64,000 bases of DNA, from the NCBI GenBank assembly GCA_043228905.1, contig JBHGNT010000010.1, forward strand, positions 16,616,001 through 16,680,000, read 5' to 3'. Below are positions 12,953 to 26,121 of this stretch, piece by piece. Numbering within the stretch: position 1 is the first letter of the stretch; each line of letters opens with the position of its first letter. This DNA comes from Azolla caroliniana (lineage: Eukaryota; Plantae; Polypodiophyta). Below the pieces are notes generated by a model. The model was not told where the DNA came from, did not search any database, and saw only the letters and a program-made list of their open reading frames with translations. Both the position numbers and the translations under genes were made by a program.

Positions 12953-15900
12953 CGTCATGAAAGATCTATAGTATAAGTGTTATGCAAGGAGGACCAAACA
13001 ACAATTTCTCATGTATGCATTAAATGTTATTATAATCATATGTTGATGATTATTAATTATAAAAATGAAAGAAAATAACAAATTATGGGTGTTTTTCCAA
13101 TCCAACTACCCTTTAACATCAAACTGACATGAATAAGAAACCCTTATGGCATCCCATATCATTGAATATCGCCTTGCATTAAACCTATTAGGAGTCAACT
13201 AGATTATGGATCCAAAGTACACGATATATTTTCTATATGTAGAGTTTCAACTATTTCTCTAAGATCTTGTGGAGAAATGGGGTCCTAGCAATGTTGTCTT
13301 CATATGCATGAACTCCTCAAGCTCTTAAACTACCACATGTATGTCTTTTTTTTTCTTCTTTTTTTCCCGAAAAATTATTCTTCATTATCATTAGTAGAAA
13401 TTCTGCATACATGGCGAAATGATTGGAATGAAAACATTATAAGAGCTCTAGCCATGATGACCTATGAAACCCACAAAGAAAAAGAGGAAAAATAATGACA
13501 TGAGACATCCTATATGCAGTGAACGTAGAACGTAGAACGTAGTGGGCCATAATGGTTAGTCCACACCACTTCCTCTTATGTCGTCATCTGTTCGAATGTA
13601 GTCCTATCCCCTCCGGCTCCATAATGATAACAATTATCCTTCTTTTCCTTTCACCTATTCTCCAACTTGCAGCTCCTGTATTGCCACATGAGATATGATG
13701 AACCATGTTGACGTAGAATGTGGTGGGCTGCGTTGGTTAGCCTACAACTATCCCTCACGTCAAATCATACATACAAATCCAACCATCTCCTTCATCTTCA
13801 CCTCCTCGACCCTCAAGAAGATGCGTCTAACCTCCACACTATTTGAACACTCATCCTTATCAAAAGATCAAAAAGTATGCTTCATTTTCCACATCAACCA
13901 TCCTGCCAATTACCTCCAAAATCTTGTACCTACTAAAACAAAATGAGTCTAGTACCCTCATCTCCTCGTGAGAATATGACTTGGCCCCAACACTATCATC
14001 ACTCATCTTTAGCAAAAACAGAAAATATGCTTCATTAAGTCCACATCAACCATCTTGCCGAATCCACCAATCACTTGCACAACCAAAACAAGTAAAACTC
14101 CACTCCTCTGACGATAGATAATATGCTTCTTACCCACACACCATCTACCATCATCCTTATCCAAAAATAAATTAATTGCATCACTTTCACTACATCAACC
14201 ATCTCGCGGATTTACACTAATAGACATGTAGGACAACCCCCATTCATAAGGTCCTTGTAGTGTAGAATCATAAGATAGGAAAGGAAACTCGATCAAATAA
14301 AAGATCCGTCCTTGACCCTCAAGAATATGCTTCTAACCTCCACACCATCAACACTCATCCTTAACAAGAATACAAAACTACCACGTGTTTTAAAACATGC
14401 TTATGTGTTGCATTAAGTCCTAGGCTAATCAATTTCCCATTTATCTTACCCTTAAATATATTAAAATTATACTTAAAATTTGGTACTCAAGGCTAAGCCA
14501 GTACCAACTTCCAAGTACATACCTAAAAAATAACGACTTCATGTAGTGGATAAAGTTGACGTATACAAGGTATGAGTGCCGAGAGAATGTTATAAGAACA
14601 TTGGGAGGTGTATCTAAAATTGAAAGTTTGTCGACCTAATAGGGTTCCCAGATATATCGAAACATCAACTGTTGTTTGAGCATGAATTTCATAGCACTAG
14701 CATTTCCATGATGCTTGTGGGAATTATCTCTAAGAAATAAGTTATATTACATAGAATGTCACTATCTTGTTTCATATTACGAACAATCTATAGCCACATA
14801 GTTTGTTCATTATATTACAAAAGATTGTTGACATCGTATGTAGCATAGTATTTAAAACTTGAAAAACCATGAGCTCGATCCTTGCTTATGGTAATTGAAA
14901 AAGTCTAATCCATGAAGTTTTTCCAAGTTTAAGATATCTCTAAATCCACATGCTAGAAGTGCTTCATGAGATTTCCCCAATAAGATTTGCCTATATATAA
15001 ACAAAATGCATAATCCTTCATTCATATATCTTGTACAAGAGGTGATCACCGGTCAAATGCCAACAAACCAACTTGAATCATGTTTATCAAATATGAGTAC
15101 AAAAAGATCAGAAGTTGATTTAGTAGCCAAAAGCTTAATATTTAAAGTGGGATACATCATATGTTTATAGCCCATTTAAAAGTGGTGTGATGCATACAAG
15201 ATCATGTGTTGCCTATTATGCATATCTAACTAGCGATCTACTATGCCTATAGAAAGACCATTTGATTGTTTGTCACGTGAATGTAATTGATAGTTTGCTT
15301 CTAACTTGTCTCTAAAAAATAATTGGCTTCATGATTTCTTGCAAAAATGGTCCAAAATTATCGCAAAACAATTTATCGTAATGGTGAATGTGAATATAAT
15401 CAATTTATTCCTAAAACAAATTTGTTTCATATGAACGCATCCATAGTGATGGTATGTCTCATTAAAGCTCTTGGATTTTAGTGATACCCTTGGATCGATC
15501 CCTCCACGAATCAAAATAGTGGATTATATTTCTATATTGATCCTTGGATATTGCTAGTTAATGTTTTATTATCAACATATTAAAGGGCGAGATCACATTG
15601 ATGTTGAATCATGGGCATCATAACCACATACACTATAGGATTCTTATCATACCTCAAGGTAATGGCCCTTGACCACATATTAGAGAGGACCACAATTTAT
15701 GTAGTTGGGAGACCTTCTCGTGCAAGATCTTAAGAGGATCATAAAGCTCAATCCACTTAGACTTCTCAAAATTAATATGACTAAAGTTGTCATGAGCACA
15801 CTTTTATGACTAGACAACCATTTCCAAACATGGCTCATGATTTAACATGATTTTAAGAAGAGCTAAAACCAAACTCCATTTTCCGTAAGATCGCACATTA

Positions 15901-17213
15901 CATCATGCATGCATGCTCATCCACAAACTTTTCCACAATGTTGAACCTAATGTCATGACTCATATGTATAATCGGAATTGCGTTGAATTCATCTTCAAGA
16001 GAGAGACACGAATTATCATTACATAACTCTATAGTGTCCATAAGTGGGAACATACCAACCTTCATATTCATGCATATTCAATTTGATCCAAGAGATGAAT
16101 AAACATCATTATGTACCTAGTTGGTCATCATTACATGTTTCAAAAACGCATGATGGAAATAATGACAATATGGTTAATCGCTATTTCATTTACAAAGTAG
16201 AATTCTCAAATAGTTGGAAGAGTGGTTTCCAACATCGGAGCCACCATCGAACCCCCAAGGTGCAGGCGTCCTCGTGACCTCTCAAAGATGCAAATCCCAA
16301 GGGGGTTGCCGGAATGTGAAATCGAAACGACCAGATCAAAAGTCAGGTCCGAATTGAAAGCGGCCCAACTGTTTTGATTTCAAACGTCCTCTTCGTGGTT
16401 GAGGTGGCCAGCCCCAGCCTCCTTGTTCCGACCGAACCGACCGGGTTGTCGGTCTTGGGCTAATAGCATCCGTGGAGAACAATCACTAGAGAAAATTCCC
16501 TGGAGATTGTTCGGACGGACAGAGCGAAAAAGCACGAAGGAAAGCTCGAGGGGGGTGGGGGGGGGGGGGTTCAGAGGTAATCGTGATTTGAGGATAGGCG
16601 GACATATGATAAGATTCCGGGCAAATATAATATATTCCGATCCGAGAGAGGGTAAGGCAGAGGCAGAGGCAGAGGCAGAGGATTCTTCTTCTTCTTTTGT
16701 GGAGGCTAAGTGTGTGTGTGTGTGGAAGGGATCATTTTGTGTTTTTGTTGATTTTTTTGACTCCTTTCAAGCAAAAGGAAAAAAAAGGATAGAAGAAGAC
16801 TTCTTTTGATCTCTTCTCTCATTCTTCTTCTTCTTCTTCTTCTTCTTCTTCTCAAAAGATGGAGTAAGACCTCTCTTTCTCCATTCATTACATACCAAAC
16901 AACAAGTAGAATCACCAAGGAAAAAGCAAAGAAGAAGAAGAAGATCAGACACTACCCACTCCCATACCCTCTCTGCCTCTTCCTCTGTCACTCAATTCCT
17001 CACTCAATGACTGTGCCTGTGGATTTGGACATCTTCTTCATTCAATCCTGTCTACACGCTTTCTTCTCCCCTTCTCCCTACTATTGAAACCCTCTTCTTC
17101 CACTAATTACCCTTTTTGACATTTCTTCCTCTGAGCTGTCCAATTTTCTCTGCTCTGTTTTTTTTCTTTTACTGCCTTCTTTGGAATCTCTGCTGATCTG
17201 CTCTTGGAGTCAG

Positions 17214-19455
17214 GTAAGATTTGTTTTTTTTTTTCTCTTTTTTTTGCAATTTATATGCGTATAGATGTTTACTTCTATTTTCTTTGAGGCCCAAGATTTA
17301 TGTAGCGTTATCTTGTTTAATTGTTTGTGGGGTTTTATGCTGTCTCAGTCCAATTAATCGGAGGTTTGTTTTAGGATTTTCTTCTTCTCAAAACTCTGTC
17401 TTTGAGGAGCCAATTTAATGGAGGAATTATGATGTAATGTATTAAACAGCTCGATTAGATGCATATTTATGCTTTTTTTCCATGCCTGCTTTTCATGAAC
17501 ACAATTAAAGGAGAAATGATGGGTTCGTATGTATATTTTTTAAAATCCTCTTAAGGATCTCCATTGATTAGATGCATATTATAGGGATATTTTTATCATG
17601 TACATTCTTTTTTCTCAGGAACACATTTAAAGTATAAATTGTGGGTTCTTATGGATTTATTTCTCGTTGCAATTACTAGCAGCTTAAACAGCTTCATTAG
17701 ATGTATGGCTATGGAGAGAACACATATAAATCCTCTAGTCTTTAGGAACCCATGGTGAAAAGGAAGTTTGGTTTCTTTTACATTTCTGAGGCATATTAAG
17801 TTATGGGTTATTCTGCATTTCGGAGGTATATTTTAGGATTTCATTCTGGGCTCTCTTACAAAGTTGAGTTATAGCTTATGTATAAGTTCTTTCATCATTT
17901 AGAAGCATTTTTTAGGGTATATTTGCATACTTTTATGAAATGTTCTAGAGCTCAATAACAGTTTGATTGGATGCATAATTTAGGATTCTTTTTGTCCAAG
18001 TATTTGTATTTCAGGGGTTCATTTTGAAGACAAATTCTGGCTTCTAATGCAAATTTTCTATATGGGATTTCCATGTAAAAGCTCTATTTTGCAAGAAAGA
18101 AGAAAATTCTAGGTTATTATGCAATTTTTTTTCTCTGTCTTATGTTCAAGGTAGACATAATTTAGGGATTTTTTCATGTCAAAGACCTGTCTTTCAGGAA
18201 ACCTTTTTAAGGAGAAATGATGGGTTTTATGCATTTTTTATTCTTTTATAATCTATAGGGTTTTTTCATGTGAATCTCTGCTTTTGAAGAACCCAAATTT
18301 AAAGGAAACTATTCTGAGTTCGATGCATCTTTGTCTTCTCTTACTTAGATCTCAATTACTTAGAGATTAAACGGTGGCATATTCTACCTCTTTTTAATCA
18401 TGCAAAAGCTTTACCTTTTATGAACACACTTATGGATCTCATACATTTTTAGCATCTCTCAGATCTCAATTAGTTGTAGCATAAACATAGCGAATAAAGA
18501 CATATTGTAAGCTTTCTTCATGCAACAGATCTGTCTGGTCTGTAAATTCAGGATCCTTATCATCTCAATTTCTGGTAGAGGAAGTACGAGCTTAGATGCT
18601 TATATTACACTTACTTTTACTTGCAGCTTAGAAAATTAATTATAATCGTATTTTAAAGTTTTAAATGCATTTATAATGGTACTAGTTATGGGTTCTTCTG
18701 CATTTATATTTTTCATCATTGAGTTAGATCTCAATATTTTAGATCAAAATTTAGGGTGCTCTTGGCCTAAATGACATGAGATGCCCGAATTAAAAATCTT
18801 TTCTTGGCCACTATTCTCCACCCTCTTACGGATCCCTACCTGAATAACGGAAATTTTGTCTTCTCTACAAAAGAGGGTTCTTATTGATTTTAAATGAGGT
18901 TTTCTAGGATCTCATTTGCTTGTAAAAGTGAGGTCTGTTTTTTAAATTGAGACTGTTGTGAGGAAAATATCAAATGCATAGACTGTTCACCAACCTGAAA
19001 ACAATGGGAAGGACAGAGGTTTATATCATAATAGCAGAGGGTTGGGTAAGTCGAGCACTAACCCTAGAACTCTTTTTAATGTTCCTACAATACATCAGGC
19101 TGTTAACTCTAATGGGTAGACCATTGACTGCATTACCTGCAACACGCTCTGTGTATTAATTACAAATGAGAGGGTGGCTGGTTCTTGTTGACACCAAACA
19201 AGGATCTCATTTGCGTGAAAATATTTAATTAAGTTTTCTTAATTAAAATGTCAAAAACTCTCTTTTTGACCAGTAACCTCCACCATCTTATAGAAAGGAG
19301 AGAGGAAAGAACTCCCACAATAATGGAATTTTTGTCTTCTCTAAACAAGAGGGTTGTTATGGATTTTAAACTAGCTTTCTCATGGATCTCATTTGGTTGC
19401 AAAAGTGAGAATTATTTTTAATTGAGATGTAAAAAAAACTCTATTTTTTGGTCAG
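17214..19455 (+). other. Putative 5'-UTR intron of the MYB-CC gene
   Basis: CAG|GTAAG donor after a CT-rich leader at ~16800-17213; pyrimidine tract and CAG acceptor 35 nt before the ATG. Confidence 0.6.
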
Positions 19456-19490
19456 GCCCCTCCATTTTCTTATTGGAAGGAGAAAAGAAA

Positions 19491-20180
19491 ATGTATCAAG
19501 CAAAGAAATTCTCTACAACAAGTTTAGTTCCTCACAGGGGTCCACCTGGAGTGGCAGATCAACACTATCTTCCAGGATCCAGTATGGTGGGTATGAGTAA
19601 TGATGGGGGGGATATTGCAACTCGCGTGGCAGCCGCATCTACGAAGCAAAGATTACGATGGACCTCAGAGCTTCATGACCGCTTTGTCGAGGCTGTCACT
19701 CAGCTTGGGGGACCAGACAGTAAGTTTTCCCTTTCCTTTTGTATCTATATCTATATACACTTTCAATAACCATTTCTACTTGCTTCATAGAAAATAAGAA
19801 AATAAGGAGCCTCATGGATTTACCAAATTGGGGTAATATTCACAATATTTAGATTTATATTAGGGAAAAGTACCAGGATACCCCTGGAAGTTTGTCTATT
19901 TACCAGAATGCCCCTGGAAGTTCCAAATTTACCAAACTACCCCTATGTCCAAAAAAATACACTTTATAAAGTAATTATACACTCAAATCTACAAGCCCTA
20001 TTTACCAGAATACCCTTCAAACAAAAATTTCTTTAATAAGCGATTCTTTGGGTCCTTCAAAGAGTCAAACTGCCTTCCCTCTACCAAAGCCATTCTATGA
20101 GAGACATCAACCATTGAAATGAGAGAGAGTCAGAGAGAAGAAGAAGAAGAAAAAGAAAAAGAAATCTTTGAAGGATAAAC

Positions 20181-20247
<67 letters not shown>

Positions 20248-23200
20248 TGACCTTCTATGGATCCTGATGATGAAGACGATTGATCAACCCAATGAACAAG
20301 AAAGAAAAGAAAGACTACACTGTTAGGTACAAAGGACCCAAAGAATCGCTTAAGTAAAGAAATTTGTGTTTGAAGGGTATTTTGGTAAATAGGGCTTGTA
20401 GATTTGAGTGTATAATTACTTTATAAAGTGTATTATTTTGGACATAGGGGTGGTTTGGTAAATTTGGAACTTCCAGGGGCATTCTGGTAAATAGATGAAC
20501 TTCTAGGGGTATCCTGGTACTTTTCCCTTTATATTAAGCTTTGTCTGCTTTCTACCAAATGAAAAATAGTATTTTGGTGATTTGATATGACTCCCGAAAA
20601 GCATAGAAAATTGCGCTAACATTCACAATATCTAGCTTTATAGAAAGCTTTGCCTACTTTCTTTTTAAAATCCTTAAAATATAACCTCTAATTTATTTTT
20701 GCCAAGACTCTTAATACTTTTTGCATTGGATTTTGTGTACACACATGACGAATATCTACCTCCATGTTATTGGTGCTTGATATTTGTGTTTGCATGGTCT
20801 TGCATCCGTTGATATTATCACATTCCTGAAAGATATGTGATTATCCCAAAATATGCTTATGTATGAAGAAATATATCAAACCTTTTTGCTGGTTAAAGAC
20901 TATGTTACATCCGTGATATATGCATTTGTGATTATCTCCAATACCTGGAAAAAATACTAGGTTTTTTCACAGTAGTTGGTGAATCACTCTGATGGTTGCA
21001 ACTAGTGTACAATTACATATTTGTGTTACATCAAGTCTGACTGTACAGTTTACATCATAAAATTGACTCAAACAATGAGTCAGGAGGTTATTCCTGATGA
21101 GAGAAAGCAAATATAGGAGCTGAAAGGCTAAAAATCAGTGTTTCGCTGCACAAAATTATGATTTTTTCGTAACTTTAGGGTTTAAGTAGGAAATTTAGCT
21201 AGAGTGGGTTGCATACACTGGTTGCGAAATAAAATATACCTCAAAGCCCAAGGTTCCATTTTTAGGGCTTGTGTGTACTAAGATTATTAGCATTGCGTTT
21301 ACCAAAGAGGTAATCAAATTTTTTTTTCAGATTTGTATGAAAAGCGTTACTACTAGGAGGAAAATAGAGTATGTTTAATGATCTTATTTTGATCCATGTC
21401 AATCTTCTTAGCTTATTACTTGGTTCTCTCATTCTATAGTTAATGCATTGTCATGTTTTGCAAACAAAGGGCAATGCATCACTCTGTAAATGTTGCACGT
21501 ATTGTTGTTTTATCTATCAGAATTCCACCAGCCTTCAGGTGATTGAAGGTTGGTTTTTGACTATATGGAAATCTACAAGTTAAAAAAGTTCTTATAAATA
21601 GGATGAAATAAATGTTTTTGCACGTCTATTCAACTAGGAAATCAACTTGTGGAAGATCTAAGCTGTGAAACTCGGATACAAGCCTAGTTTGTAATTTTTC
21701 ATTTCAGTTACTTTCTTAACCCACCACCCCCAATGGCTGGGGACTGTGTTGTAATGATTAATTTGTCCTATAGGTGAGATCATGTTTGTCACCGTATGGA
21801 TGCTAATATATCATCTCTTGCGTTGTTCTCTTGGTGGTTAACACCGTAACATCAAATTATAAAATCAAGAGAACCCAAGTTCAACCCAACCCATCCCATA
21901 GACAATATCCTGGGAACATTAATAATATGGACACATATCATTTGGCTCATGCTTGTTGCCCCAGGATGCAAAGATTATCACATAGAAGATATTGCTGGCA
22001 TCGGGGGCATAGCATCATTATGTGAGGTGGAGCATGATCTCCCAAAGCAATTCATTATGGAGGACATTGATGTCATACACTGTCATTCTATGAGGCTCAG
22101 AAGCAATTCTAGAAGTTCCTGTCCATCTATGCTCAGAAGGCTAAGCTCTTCGCTAACAAGAAAATCTGGTGCCTTAGGCAGTTTCATGAATTTAGTAATT
22201 TATTTTAGTTTGTTGTACGCGGTGATGAGTCTCCATTTAAAGATGCAATCTCTCCTACAGTCTCATAGGCCATTTTGGCCTATTAAAAATGCTATATCTC
22301 TCTTTCTTTCTGCATCCTATTTATGCGAATTGCTTATGTAAGGTAATTAATGAATTGAAAGGAATGATGATTTTCTATTTGGTGAAGCTGACCAATTTTA
22401 GCATATACATACATGGGAAAAAATTACATTTTTCTCAAACAAATGGCAGGAGCTACACCAAAGGGTGTTCTACGAGCTATGGCTGTTGAAGGCCTAACAA
22501 TTTACCATGTGAAGAGTCACCTACAGGTAACCACATCCTCGCTCTCTATGCTACTCTAATCTGATCTTTTTGTTTCTGTATGGGACAATATAAAAATATG
22601 CAACCTTTTTCACTAAATTTTAAAATATGTTTCTATATCAATTTCTCTCTCTCTCTCTGCAATTTCCTCTGCCCAAGTAATGGAAGAGAAAGAGAGCAGA
22701 TAGAAACAATGTCGAGAGAGATGTAGTTTTTTGGGAGTTTTTCAAAGCTAGGGACATCCTCGTAAACTAGTTTCCTTTATTTTTAATTAATTTATGGACC
22801 CTAAAGATTTTTTCTGTTGTCTTAACCTAGTGCTTTTTTATTGACTTTCAGAAATACCGGCTTGCGAAGTATATTCCAGAATCTGGCAAAGATGGTAAGC
22901 TATGTAACGCTATTTGTATGGAAGCATGTACTTATTATAATATAAAATAGGGAAATTAGACTGCATAGGAATTTATGGCAAAGCACCATAATACCCACTG
23001 TGTGTTATTTACCAAAAATACCTGAATACCCTTCCATTGTAGTAAAGTTTCCCTCCCACTTGTGCAGTAATTACTAAAGTTACCCCTCACTTGTTTGGTA
23101 TCTTTGTTACCGAACACTGTTGGCAAAGTTGATCCTCAATAGCCCAATCAGTGCTTTGTGTGTGATTTGTATTTGTAATATTTTTGGTGCAGGTGAGACA

Positions 23201-24394
23201 TCAGAAAAATCAGGGTCGACGGAGATGTTAAATAATCTTGAAGCTGCACCGTGAGTGTTTATTCTTTTAACATAAACTTTTGTATTCATGAAATAGTTTT
23301 TTTCACATCATAATGTATTTATTTTGTACTCATGACTTTATTTATTAGCAATCTCCTTTCACATTGAGATATAACTTTTTTTGTTTTTTTTCACACAGTG
23401 GGATGCAAATCACTGAGGCTTTGCGAATGCAGATGGAAGTGCAAAAACGTTTACATGAGCAGCTTGAGGTACATGCCTTGCCATTGAATCATTCAGGATA
23501 AAAATTAATGAAGTCTTTGTAAACCACTTAAAAATATAGAATATCAGGCTAATATTTTAACTTTCCATTACATCTTAAGCTTATATGTTTTTTTGGTGAA
23601 TATGGACTATTATATTCTTAAATGTTCTTGTAAAATTTGGGCAAAAACTTCGGAAAACCTAATCATGGACAACCCAGAGTTGCTGAACATTTTCCCTGAA
23701 TTTATAGTTTTCATGAATCTTGTTTCTAATTCTGTAGTTCTAGTAATGTACATTGAAGTTTTCAAAACTCGGAAGTGTGAAAACTAGCCATCCAATGCTC
23801 ACCTTTTTTTTGACAAAACTCAAGTAATTTCTCAATTTATTTGATCGTAAAATGGATTAAAAACAGCCATTTGCTGTCAAGATTGACTTCTTTAAGATGC
23901 ATGTACAGGTTCAACGGCAGCTACAACTTCGGATTGAAGCACAAGCAAAGTATTTGCAAAAGATTATTGAGGAGCAGCAAAGGCTAAGCGAGACATTGAA
24001 GCCAACCGGATCCTCCCAGGAGCCCAGTAACGAGACACCTGAGTCAAATGCAAATCATCTACAAATCTTCAATGGCACTCATGGTCAAGGCCAAGTGATC
24101 GAAAGCTGTTCACCTCCACATACTTCCTTGTCATCAGGTTTACTTCTCTCTACCACAAATGGGGCATTTGAAGCTTATCCACAATCACGTCGTGTTGGAA
24201 AGATTGTAGCCGAAAGTTTGGAAGGCGATTTAGGTTTGGCAAGATCGGATGGAGGAATTGACCATCATCCACCAAAGAAAATGAGATTGAATATTGATGG
24301 TGGCACTGACACTTTACAAAGGGATGATAAAACCGGCCTTCGGAAAGTGGGTCCTGAAACTAACCTCAAGCCGTCAGAAGATAGAGGTCCCTAA
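19491..24394 (+). CDS. MYB-CC (GARP/G2-like) transcription factor, PHR1-like/PHL7-type; exons 19491-19719, 22450-22526, 22852-22894, 23193-23250, 23399-23468, 23909-24394
   Basis: MYQAKKFST N-terminus; MYB domain [55 protein letters not shown]; coiled-coil [44 protein letters not shown]; all introns GT-AG with frame preserved. Confidence 0.93.
19863..20527. mobile_element. Mutator-type MITE in the first coding intron of the MYB-CC gene
   Basis: ~195-bp TIRs beginning GGGAAAAGTACCAGG; 9-bp TSD TTTATATTA (19854-19862, 20528-20536); internal (GA)n at ~20183-20243. Confidence 0.92.
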
Positions 24395-26121
24395 TGCTTT
24401 AAGGAGAGACATTTCCTTAAAAGAAAAGATGTATGTGTCTCTGATAAGAGTAAATGAGTTCACAGGTCTTGACTGAGTAAGATAAGGTTTGTTTAATATA
24501 TTTGATTTTGTTTACCTATGGTATATTCAGGTTGGCCTTGACGATGACTCTGCTCCTGATGTTGCTTGGGAGGAGGTTGTAATGTTACTCACGTCTTTAT
24601 AGCCAGCCAGTATGAGAATGCTAACCATCATAGAGTACGTAGATGAATGGAGAAATAGACACCGAGGGGGAGGTTTTTATGGCCATGGGAAGCAGCTTAG
24701 TTTTATTTTCTGGCGATTTCTTTAACGGTGTAATACTATTACTACAGTTTGAAGCTAGTGGGAAATCATTTCGATCGACTAAAAGTAGCGATGAAATGGA
24801 GTTGAGCTCTATAGTTTTTTCTTGCTCCTAAGCTGTAAACAGTTGACTGGTTTCGAGGTTTAAGGAAAGATTGTATTCAATGATACTTAAATGTTATGGG
24901 CATTTATGCAGACTTTATTAACCTATTATGTGTAAATCAATTCATAAAGTGCAAGTAATTCTTATTTGACTTGTTTATCCTGTAGGTAATAGCTGAAATA
25001 TGTTACTCTTTGGACATAGCACTACTTTTTCTAACCTATGATTGTTAAGCAAGTGGGGAAGGTCTCTGAGATGGTTTAACCAAATAAGATTGGTCAAATT
25101 ATTATGCTTTTTCTCGAGCATGTGGAATTGTTTTGGAAATACAAAACTGATTATCAGGTGTGGTCCTTAATCCCAATCAAAGATGAAATTTCAATCACAG
25201 CAAGAGAATCAGTCATGTAACAACTTAAATTGAATAATTATTGCCAAAAGTAGCTCAAATCAAATTCTAAATGATGGCGGATCCAATTCTTTCTCAATGA
25301 TGCTGCCTGAGCGCCACACTTTGGGTAGTAATTTTCATTAAATTTTTTTTACTTCAACCAATATTGTGGACAAGATCAAATTAAAGAAGAGAATTAGCAG
25401 GAAATAATAGAAGAATGTCAAATAAGAGGGAAATAAGAGAATTGGCAATGTAAGAACATACGTGAAGGAAATTCCTGATTGCCAACTGAGGTTGTTGGAT
25501 CTTCCCTAACAAGTTCAACTTATGAAGATAATAGAAGTAAGAGGAGAATAACAATGTAGATGGATTTAACTTGCTTTTGGTCACATGTCCAACGATATAA
25601 TACAATAGTCAAGAAGCACAAAACCTCTCTGAGCAATTCCATTCCATAATCTTGGACAATCTGATTTAGCTTCCAAATCCACATATGCTTTTGACTAGTA
25701 TACTAAATATTGAAATTAAAAATCCATCGCCAAACGTCTATTTTTTTGCAAATTATGTTAAAATACTGAATCAAATGCTTTCGTAAATAGCATCACCAAG
25801 CAAACTAACCAGATTTCAAGAGGCTTTACATAAAGATGAGTCCTCAAAAAGCACAAAAGTGATAAGCAAAAAGCTTCCATTTCCACAAAAAACACAGAAG
25901 TGACAAAATAAGAAAAAAGCTCCCATTTATTTATTCACAGTACTTACATCATCATATAAGGCAAAATAGCTTTAGCTTTTATCATAGCTTTTTTTCTCTG
26001 CTCTGATCATTTATAAAGATCTTTTATTTATAGAGGAGTATTTCTATTTACTTTCTTAAGATATAATTTAAGGGTTTTTTTTTTAGGGTTTTCCTAGGTG
26101 AAGCCAAAACTAACAAAGAAG

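Noticed and set aside
15300-16150. Possible PIF/Harbinger relic
   Set aside because: Too degenerate to support by eye.
16399-17087. ORFs of 70-136 aa upstream of the MYB-CC gene
   Set aside because: Low-complexity translations of promoter/leader microsatellites (GGCAGA, CTT, GT repeats).
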